From Camelus ferus (Eukaryota): DNA of 64,000 nucleotides. Below are positions 55,801 to 64,000 of this stretch, piece after piece. Below the pieces are notes generated by a model. It was not told the origin of the DNA, ran no database searches, and saw only the letters and a program-made list of their open reading frames with translations. The translations under genes were made by a program, and so were the position numbers. The stretch covers positions 25,978,001-26,042,000 of the forward strand of contig NC_045717.1 in NCBI RefSeq assembly GCF_009834535.1, written 5' to 3'. Within the stretch, counting starts at the first letter, position 1. The number at the start of each line of letters is the position of its first letter.

Positions 55801-58800
55801 CACTGCTGCCCCTTGGTGACCCCGGGGGCTGGCGTGGGTCACAACCACCGCGTTCAGCTCGCCTGCACACAGCCACGGCCGACTGACCCGTCCGGGGAGC
55901 CAGGCGGGGTGGTCTGGGTGGTAGAGGCATGTGGGGAACTTGGCTTTTCTTCACAGCTGTCAGAGAATTGGGAGGTTAGGGCGTGGGCTGCAGTGGCAGA
56001 GCATTCAGGCAGACTTTGGGGGTGAGGAGGAGTGGGGGTGAGGAGGGGTGCTTCTGTTCCTCGGGGGATTCTGATGGCCGTGCTGACCAGGCCAGGCCTA
56101 GGGGCATCACCTGCGTGGCCCTCCCGTGGGAGGCTTCACGGCTCAGTTGCCCTGACGACTGCGTTTTCCTCGAGGCGGTGCCCCCAGGGGTCTTGGTGAG
56201 ATAGGAGGCAGGTGGCCTTGTCTTCCCTTTCCTCTGTTTCCTCCTCTAGCACGTCTGCCATGTCCCTCCTGTATGAGTGCGTGAACACAGTCATCGCAGG
56301 TGAGCGCCCAGGGTTCCCTGACTCTGTAACGGGCGGCTGTCTCCAGCAGGGGGTGCTGGTCCCCGTGTGGGGCCAGCACCCCGAGTCAGGCTTCGCGACC
56401 TCCTTCCCACCACAAGCGCCAGGCGTTGACTCCCTCCAGGGAGACGCACGGTGGCCCAGCCTGTCCGCAGTCCCTTTGGAAGCCCCCAGCTGGCCCTGGC
56501 TCCAGCGTTTTTCCTGTGCCTTGGCGTCTGCCACACCCACCAGCAAGACCCATCTTCTTGAGCATTTCAGAGCAGATCTCAGGCATTGTTCCACTTCCCC
56601 TATGAAGTCTGAAGTGTAGACCTACAGCAGAGAGCCTTTGCGAGTCTTAGTCAGCACGCGCTCCCCAGAAGGTCTCCGTAGAGGCCGTTAGTTGGAGTTG
56701 GCCTGCCTGGGTTGCGTGTCCCTGCAGCCCGGGTTCTTGTAGACGCGGGGAGTTACTGGCAGCCTGAGGGGTTCGGCTTCTTGCTGCCTGCCTGTCCCTG
56801 CCCAGGACTGTTGGGATGCTCCTTGCAGGGCCACAGGCAGTGTCAGGTTCAGCAGTGCAGATGACACTGGCCGGGGGTCCATGCTCGTGACTGCTGTGCG
56901 GGCCACGAGCGTCCCTGAGGGTCAGCGACAGGAGCAGGGAGGGAAAGGGCAAGCATGGGACTTGGGGGCGGCCCCTGTGTCCAGAAAGGTCCGTGGGGCA
57001 GACCGGGGCATGGCAGAGTGACTCATGGCCCTGGCGATGGCTGGAGTGAGTGGGCGTGCGGAGAGGAGGCGGGGCTGGTCCTCCTTGGGGCCCTTGGGCC
57101 TCAGTGGGCTGTGGCCCATGGACCTACCCTGGACTAGGACCCCTGGTGCTTGGGGACTCTGCTCTGCTCTCTTGGCCCCAGAGACCCAGCCTGGTTTCTC
57201 ACTGGGGTCGGTCATGCAGGCACCTCTGCCTGGCAGGGCTGAGACCCCAGTCTCCAGGAGGAGAGGAGGTGCCCATTTGGACCCCATGTCTGCACAGGCA
57301 GTATAGGGATGGGAGCCCCAGGTCTGGTTCTGGACACCCACCTCCCCAGGCTAGCAGTCAGACCTGCTGTATTAACCCGTTGTTCACAATCAGTTCCCAC
57401 CAGTGCGTTTCCGGCTCGGGTCCCTCCCCTGGGCCCAGAGGCAATGCCCCCGGTGGACACGGGTGCGGGCTGTGTGCGCCGCGCTCCTCACTGACTGCTC
57501 TGTTCCAGTGCTCATCTCCCTGTCCTCCGGCATGCCCAACCACAGCGCCAGCATCCAGGTACGACCGTGGGCCCTGCTCCCCTCTGCCCAATTCTGACAG
57601 ATATTGGCCCACCCTTAGCCCTGGGAGGGTGCAACCATGGCCCCGCAGCACATGTCTGAAGGGTGGACACGTGGCGCCCGCCGCAGCCCTGGCGCGTTTC
57701 TGTGGGCACTGTCTGCGTCGATGTCGGGCGGCCTGCTCTCTGTACTCAGCATGGACGGGCACCCCTTCTCTGTGTAGTGGGTGCTCCACCAGCCTCTCCC
57801 CTGCCCAGGCACCTGGGGCTGCCCCCTCTTTGGCCTCAGTGCTCCTTGCCTCCCTCTCGACTGACCGCCGGGCCCTCGGGACTCGGGGGACGGGTGTGAG
57901 GCAGGCCCGGGCTGGCTGGCTCCACCGCTGGTTTAAAGGGCATGACCAGTGTTCTCCCCACTCGGCAGCTCTGTGTTCAGAAGCTAAGGATACTAATAGA
58001 AGACTCCGACCAGAACCGTGAGTCCTTCTCCCTCCGAGCCCTGCAGTTCCTGCAGCCTCAGCTCCCATGAGTCAGGCTCTTCCCTGCCTGGGCGGAAGGC
58101 GGGTACCAGGCTTACCGACAGCTTCCTCCGTGAAAACTGCCCTTGGTCTGCGTGACGGGCTCCTTCCTGCTAGCGTCTTAGCCTGTGCTCGGCCCTGTCC
58201 AGCTGGCAAGGTCTTCAGGCACTGGGCCACGCGCCCATTGCCACGGGGAGGTGGGAACCCAGCCGAGGTCCTTGGAAGGCCCCAGCTTGCTCTTTGAGCC
58301 CCAGCTGCAGGGAGGAGCCGGGGGAGGGGCTGATGTGAAGGGAGTGCTCAGGCCGGGAGGGGCACAGCAGGCAGAGGGGGCGTTCCCACGGGGCTGCTCT
58401 GGGCTCCCTGAGGTTATCAGACAGGGCGGTGCACGGTGCTGCTGGTACTGCTTTTCAGTTACTTAACAAGCTCTGTGGGCTGCGGTCTCTGTCATTGTAG
58501 TGCAGAAGCCGCCTGGTACGCACAGGGTAGGTGACAGGTGTGTCGCGCCCATAGACCTCCTTACAGAAGGCGGGCTGTGGCTGGACTGGGCCTGCAGCAC
58601 ACTAGCTGCTGCTGGTTTAGATGATCGTGCCTTGGGGCTGATCGAGGTGGGCAGTGGCATCTGGTGCCCGAGAGACACGTGCCAGCGGTGCCCAGGTGGT
58701 CAGGTCCGCGCAGCAGGCTGGGGCTGCAGGCCTCGCTCTCTCCTGGCCACATCCAGGTTTAATGGTGGCCCCCTGTCCCTGCAGTAAAGTACCTGGGGCT

Positions 58801-61800
58801 ACTGGCCATGTCCAAGATCCTGAGGACGCATCCCAAGTCTGTGCAGGCCCACAAGGACCTCGTCCTGCAGTGCCTGGACGACAAGGACGAGTCCATCCGG
58901 CTGCGGGCCCTGGACCTCCTGTACGGAATGGTGCGTGCCCTCCCCCCAGGCGCAGCGGCCCCCGCGTGCCCAGCCAGCCCCTCCCTCACCAGCCCCCGCC
59001 CCCAGGTGTCCAAGAAGAATTTAATGGAGATCGTCAAGAAGCTGATGATGCACGTGGACAAGGCCGAGGGCACGGCCTACCGCGATGAGCTGCTCACGAA
59101 GATCATTGACATCTGCAGCCAGTCCAACTACCAGCACATCACCAACTTCGAGTGGTGCGGCCCAGCCTGGTGGGGGCGGGGGGTCCGGGGGGGGAGTAGG
59201 GGGACTACCAGCACGTCACCAACTTCAAGCGGTGTGGCCCAGCCTGGCAAGGGCGAGGGGGGCGGGTGCCCCGCTGTGTCCTCATATCCTCTGTCCCGCA
59301 GGTACATTAGCATCCTGGTGGAGCTGACTCGGCTGGAAGGCACCCGCCACGGTCACCTCATCGCCGCGCAGATGCTGGACGTGGCCATCCGCGTGAAGGC
59401 CATCCGCAGGTTCGCCGTGTCACAGATGTCCGCGCTGCTCGACAGTGCACACCTGGTGGCCAGCAGCACCCAGCGCAACGGCATCTGCGAGGTGCTCTAC
59501 GCAGCCGCCTGGATCTGCGGCGAGTTCTCTGAGTGAGTGGGCACCAGCGGGCCTCCTGCTCCGGTGGGGGCGGGGGGTGTACCCACAGACCCAGCCCTGG
59601 GGCCTCGCGCTCCAACAGCTGCCATGCCAACTGGCCGTGCCTCCCCCCTCACCTGCTTTTTGGGACAAAGCTGCTCTCACCACGAACGCTTTCTATCACG
59701 AGAACCAGTGAGAAGTCTGTGTGACCTGGACCCACCTCTGTCCCCCAGACGGTTGGGTCTGTTCCCAGCTGACCTGTCATCCTTGCATGTTGCTGCCACG
59801 GGTTGTTCCTTCCCAAACTCATGCTGTTAATTTGGTTTTCTTCTCTTTTTTTCTCAACTTTTCCTGTCCAGTTGTTCCTGACCGTTGTGTTTTTTCCTCA
59901 GATCCCTTCCCTCAGCCCCTGGCGCGGAGGGGAGGTCTGGGGGAGAGGGACGCAGTGACCACTGCAGACCCTGGAACAGGTGCTCACCCCCCCCCCCTTC
60001 TCAGGCACCTGCAGGAGCCCCAGCGGACCCTGGAGGCCATGTTGCGGCCCAGAGTCACCACCCTGCCAGGCCACATCCAGGCTGTGTACGTGCAGAATGT
60101 GGTCAAGCTGTATGCGGCCATCCTGCAGCAGAAGGAGCAGGCCGGGGACTCGCAGGCGGCCCAGGAGGCCACCCAGCTCCTGGTGGAGCGGTTGCCCCAG
60201 TTCGTGCAGAGTGCAGACTTGGAGGTCCAGGAGCGGGTGAGTATGGGCCCGTCAGCATGTCTCAGGGAGCCGGTCAGCCCCCGGAGCGCTGGCTTTTCTC
60301 TTCCCAGGAAGCAGCTCAGCAAATGCTTTTTTGTGAATGCGCCTCCGCCCTGGAGCGTGGGCAGTTTCGGAGTCAGTGTCCCAGGGAGGCCCTGGGTGGT
60401 CGTCTGCGGGTGGAATCTAGTGAGTGGGCGGAGAGGCAGGAGACAGTGAGCAGATGGAAGACCCTATCGGAGTTCGTGATTGGCCTGACTCCGGGATCCA
60501 TTGCCCAGAGCAGGAAGTGTCAGAGGTGACAGGTGTCCGGAGGGCACTGGACGGGTGGTGGCGGAAAACTGATTGTGGGGAACTTGAGGTGTTAACATTG
60601 GCATTGGTGGCTTGGCATCCTGCTCTTTGTGCCCTCTGTGATGGGGGGTCTTCAACTACCCAGACCCCCACCCCTCGCCAGCACTCAGTGGCCTGGGCTC
60701 CCCTGCTGTCTCAGGCAAGTGTTGACTTGAGCCTGCCTGCTGGCTGGGGGCCGTGCTCTGGCGGAGCCCAGGTGCCTCCTGGAAATAGGCACTGCTGGTC
60801 CTTGGGGCAATTGTCATGTGGGGCGGCGCTCCCTCTGCCCCTGACCTCTCGTCTTCCACGTGAGCCTGTTTTTATGTCTTCCTCGTAAAGGAGGTCGCAG
60901 CTGGGCTGGTTTCTTCCTGGCTGGGGCCTGCCCCAGCCAGCGGCTCCTTACGGAACCTCCTGGTGCCACTTTGGCAAGGAGCAGTGGGGTGTCTGCACAG
61001 TCTGAGCAATGCCCCCAGTGGCTGAGTGGCCTTCAGGGCTGGTGCTCTGATTCCCCCTTGACTGCCTCATGGCCCCGCAGGCATCCTGCATCTTACAGCT
61101 GGTCAAGCACGTCCAGAAGCTTCAGGCCAAGGACATGCCGGTGGCAGAAGAAGTGAGTGCCCTGTTTGCTGGGGAGCTGAACCCTGTGGCTCCCAAGGCA
61201 CAGAAGAAGGTTCCAGTCCCCGAAGGGTGAGCCGTGTGACCCATCAGAGGACACAGCCAGGGGGACATGAGGGCCAGTGGGATCAGAAGGACATCCGTGT
61301 GAGAAGCAAGAGGGTTGGAGGGAGGCCCCCTGAGGCCTGAGCCCCTGGCAACGGGACAGGCCACCTCGCGTGGGCTGTACAAGGGGGCACTTGCTGGTTC
61401 TGACGCCACCCCAGGAAAACAGGTCTTCGCTGCAGACCTTGGGGGCAGCGTGAGAACGTGGAGAGGCCCAGACCCCACGGTCCATAGTCTGCCTTGCCCG
61501 CTATGATCTCAAGCAGCTGCCCAGTCTTCATGTCCTTGTCTCCAAGGGGACGGCAGCATCCAGGTCCAGGCGCACAGGCCGGAGCCGCCGTGTGACCTCA
61601 CTGTGTCCTGCAGCCTGGACCTGGATGCCTGGATCAACGAGCCACTTTCAGACAGCGAGTCTGAGGACGAGGCACCCAAGGCCATCTTCCACGACGAGGA
61701 GCAGCGACCGGCCAAGCAGCGGCCGCCCGAGGCAGACGAGCAGGAGCTGGCCCGGGTGAGCACTGGTGGGGGGCCTGGGCTCAGTGTCCTGCTATCCTCC

Positions 61801-63956
61801 GGGCAGTGCCGAGTTGACCTTCAACCTCAGGTTGGGTTTGGTTGAAACGAGAACTGGCTTCTTGAGCCAGGAGCTTCCCAGGGAGGGCTGTGGGGCCTGA
61901 CCACGAGCTCAGGGCCCGTGATGCCTGCGACACACAGCACCTGCCTGCCCCTCCTCCCCGCCCTCCTTCTGCAGAGGACAGAAGCAGAGATGCTGCAACC
62001 CCACCCCTGTCCCCGCAGGGCCTTTCTGCCCAGCCACGCCCGTCCTTTGTCCCAGAGTACCTGGCCTCTCTGAACCCCCGTCTCAGACCTCCTGGGTTCT
62101 CGTGCCTGTCTCCACACCTGCACCTGCCCTGCGCCGGCCTTCTGTGGGTCCAAGGGCAACGGTGAAAACAGTGAGGGACCCCCGCCCCACCTGAGCTTGG
62201 TGCGTGGAGGGCCCGTGTTCTGTGTGTCTGCTCATGTGCTCGCTGAACCCCACCCCACAGCGCAGGGAGGCCCGGAAGCAGGAGCAGGCCAACAACCCAT
62301 TCTACATCAAGAGCTCCCCGTCCCCCCAGAAGGTGAGCCCGGCCGCCCATCCTTGAGGGGTGCTCCCCCAGGGCCACATCTGCGCTCTGTCCACAGGTAG
62401 CACTGGGCTGTCTGGTCAGTTCCACAGGTAGTATCAAGAGGGGCTTCCCGACGCCCAGACCCGGGGCACAAGTCCTGCACTCACCCGTGGGTGGGCTTCC
62501 CTGTGGGTCGGGGAGCTGCAGAGGTGGCACCCTGGCCTGGAGGGAGTGGACACATGGGGACGCCACCACCTTCTTCCGCACCCCCCCCACCGACGGGAGC
62601 CCAGCGGACCCCATCACCACACTGGGCTCCCGGGGAGACGTGGCTCCATGTGGCAGGTGCTGCTCTCTGAGGCCCAGACCTGCGTGTTGGCTTTTCTGAG
62701 CTGAGCAGTCCTGGGGGCTGGAGCGCCGTCACCGGGCTCCAAGCCTGCACTACTTTTCCCACTTGGGAAAAAGATGATTGATATGGGATCCAATTGAAGT
62801 CTCGCATCTGCCCTGTGCTGGTTTGGGCTGACAACCCCCGCCCCGCCGTTGTGACTCCTTGCTCCGGGGCGTCGGCACTTCCCACCGTGCCGGCCACCCT
62901 GCTTAGTGACGGGCACCTTGGTGTTTCCTCTCCAGCGGTACCAGGACACGCCAGGTGTGGACCACATTCCCGTGGTGCAGATTGACCTCTCGGTGCCCCT
63001 GAAGGTGCCAGGCAAGTGTGTGCGCCAGTCCAGGGCAAGGGGGCGGGGCCCCAGGCACAGTGCAGATGCAGCCTCAGGCCTGCGCTCCAGCTCTTCCCTG
63101 AACCTCGTCCCACCTCCCCATCTGAGCAGGGAGGGATGCACACCCGGCTTCCCCAGGTTCTACCCACACCGTCCCCACTGCCTTCAGAAAGCCTCTGCCC
63201 ACATCCAGGGGCCTGGAGCACGGTGCCCACATGTCCCTTCGGCCCAAGCGTGGCTTCCAGGGCTGTGGGGTGCTGGTGGGCAGAATGTGTCGCGGCTCTG
63301 GGCTGAGCGTGGGGTGTGCGCCCGGTGGCAGGGATGCCCATGTCGGACCAGTACGTGAAGCTGGAGGAGGAGCGGCGGCACCAGCAGAGGCTAGAGAAGG
63401 ACAGGAAGAGGAAGAAGAAGAGAGAGCGGGAGAGGCGGGGCACCCGGCGCCACAGCTCGCTGCACACGGAGAGCGACGAGGACATCGCGCCAGCCCAGCG
63501 CGTGGACATCGTCACTGAGGAGATGCCGGAGGTCAGCTGCTGCCTGTGCGCGTTCCAGGACTCCCTCCACCGAGGAAGGGGGCCACCCCCACGAGGACTG
63601 GCTTCCTGGCTCTGTGGCCGTCTTCACAGAGGCCTGCCGGTCCCTGCTGCCTCTGTGTCTGGGGCCAGCTCTGTCCTGTGGCTGTAAGCGGTATCCCCCC
63701 ACTCCCACTCCGTCTCATGTCCTGACCTCACTGCCTGTGCCGAGCACCCAGCCCCAGGTCAGATGCCCTCCTGGATCTGGTGGTCCGTTTGCAAGGAGTC
63801 GGGGCTCTGCGGGCCCATAAGGCTGGGCAGGGTCGCAGGCAGTGTGGGTCGGACTGGACGCAGGGTTTCTCTCGTCCTGCAGAACGCCCTGCCTAGCGAC
63901 GAGGACGACAAAGACCCCAATGATCCCTACAAGGCCCTGGACATCGACTTAGATAA
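37345..63956 (+). CDS. AP3D1: AP-3 complex subunit delta-1, coding exons 1-21 (3' end beyond window)
   Basis: join(37345-37440, 49441-49536, 50040-50120, 51082-51162, 52499-52606, 54047-54176, 54735-54874, 54992-55065, 56250-56299, 57509-57558, 57969-58017, 58785-58930, 59006-59154, 59302-59532, 60005-60236, 61081-61226, 61614-61755, 62261-62332, 62936-63011, 63332-63531, 63883-63956) = 2423 nt with open frame. The protein MALKMVKGSIDRMFDKNLQDLVRGIRNHKEDE...NALPSDEDDKDPNDPYKALDIDLD matches human delta-adaptin. Introns 7 and 19 are GC-AG. Confidence 0.97.
38957..39086 (-). mobile_element. tRNA-derived SINE (vic-1-like), partly deleted
   Basis: GGAGGTAATTAGGTTTATTT...TTGAACCCAGGACCTTGTGCATACTGAGCAC...CTGAGCTGTACCCTCC. 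Confidence 0.85.
39995..40122 (-). mobile_element. tRNA-derived SINE (vic-1-like)
   Basis: GGTAATTAGGTTT...CTGGGGATTGAACCCACGACCTC...GCTCTACCACTGAGCTACACC. It is flanked by TTAACATT at 39984-39991 and 40123-40130. Confidence 0.88.
40612..40915. mobile_element. TcMar-Tigger MITE (Tigger3/MER2-like)
   Basis: GTGGGTTCTGCAT...GAAAATATT...TTCCAAAAAGCAAAACTTGAATT...GTAGGTTGTGTGCAAAT...TTTGGTATC. Confidence 0.75.
41236..41427. mobile_element. MER20 (hAT) element
   Basis: GTCGTGACAGCC...TTGCCCAGTGTCCCCTGGGGGG...GAGAACC matches the MER20 end. Confidence 0.7.
41519..42250. mobile_element. MER21-type solo LTR
   Basis: GTTCCTGACACTGAGC...GGTCACCAGAAAGGCCAGGCCATGAT...TTGGAACTTTCAG...ATGAAGCCTCCGTAAAA...GTGTCAGAACTG...CACCCAGCTG. 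Confidence 0.78.
42900..43066. mobile_element. MER20 fragment
   Basis: CCCCCCAAGTTGTGACAACCACTGATGTC...CCCCTGGGGGCA. Confidence 0.65.
43510..43738 (-). mobile_element. L1MB-type 3' fragment
   Basis: TTTATTGAGATACGATTTATGTATC...TTTTAGTGCATTTACAAAGCTGTG...AGAGCATTTCCAT. Confidence 0.7.
44400..44980 (+). mobile_element. L1MC-type 3' end
   Basis: GGGGATGTTGACAGTGGGGGAGGCTGTGCA...CAATTTTGCTGTGAACCTAAAACTGCTCTTAAAAA. Confidence 0.8.
45427..46147 (+). mobile_element. Internally deleted Tigger1 DNA transposon
   Basis: Preceded by TA. The left end is CAGACACCTC...TGTCACATTTGGGTAATTCTC and the right end is TTAGCAATAAAG...TTTAGACGTAATGCT...GGGTCTGCCTG, degenerate Tigger terminal inverted repeats. Confidence 0.8.
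46660..47200 (-). mobile_element. Old L1M fragment
   Basis: TTGAATCTGTAGACTTATGTCTTCCACCAAATTTGGGGACATTTCAGCCATT...TTTCACTCTAGAGTTTCCAT. Confidence 0.7.
47222..47405 (+). repeat. Two-copy ~94-bp tandem duplication
   Basis: CGGTGGG.GT.CTTCCCCTTGGGTGC.GG...GTGTCCTGGAC.GAG.GAG begins at 47222 and again at 47316. Confidence 0.75.
49150..49395 (-). mobile_element. L1MB-type 3' fragment just upstream of AP3D1 exon 2
   Basis: TTCCAGAACACCCCATCACCCCAAAA...CTGTTCTGGACGTTTCAC...ATGGAATCACAC. Confidence 0.7.
59127..59247 (+). repeat. Tandem duplication (44-nt unit, 77-nt period) of the AP3D1 exon 13 3' end and donor site
   Basis: 59127-59170 versus 59204-59247, with 4 mismatches in 44 nt. Confidence 0.9.
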
Positions 63957-64000
63957 GTAAGCACAGGGCTGAGCCGGAGCCTGCATTCTGTCCTGTTTAC

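Noticed and set aside
62481-63515. 344-aa minus-strand ORF
   Set aside because: It is an antisense shadow over AP3D1 exons 19-20 and GC-rich introns.
1-64000. CRISPR arrays, rRNA, snoRNA, prokaryote-like operons or horizontally acquired DNA
   Set aside because: I saw no regularly spaced repeat-spacer arrays, rRNA motifs or convincing C/D or H/ACA box pairs with terminal stems. All segments I could interpret are explained by mammalian genes and repeats.

Overview
This is a GC-rich mammalian genomic window, most likely from a camelid: it carries six copies of a short tRNA-derived SINE resembling the camelid vic-1 family. It is orthologous to the human chr19p13.3 cluster. Genes reconstructed by hand, using splice sites and recalled human protein sequences: the 3' end of DOT1L (+, two alternative C-termini), complete PLEKHJ1 (-, 149 aa), SF3A2 (+, 478 aa), AMH (+, 575 aa, with its SF1/SOX9/GATA promoter) and JSRP1 (-, 340 aa), plus the first 21 coding exons of AP3D1 (+, cut by the window edge). 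Most introns and the 30-36.7 kb intergenic gap are filled with old L1, MaLR/MER21 LTR, Tigger, MER20, MIR/L2 elements and the SINEs. I see no evidence of a wholly new gene system, and the many long six-frame ORFs are GC-content artefacts. The most notable points are: (1) AP3D1 lies head-to-head with JSRP1 instead of with DOT1L as in human and mouse, which implies an inversion; (2) a candidate in-frame 222-nt exon and a candidate poison exon in AP3D1 intron 1; (3) a DOT1L stop-containing exon whose donor is 35 nt after the stop; (4) two GC-AG introns and a duplicated exon-13 donor in AP3D1; (5) pairs of ancient repeats that look unexpectedly similar to each other. Repeat family names and boundaries come from recalled consensus sequences, are approximate, and need RepeatMasker confirmation.
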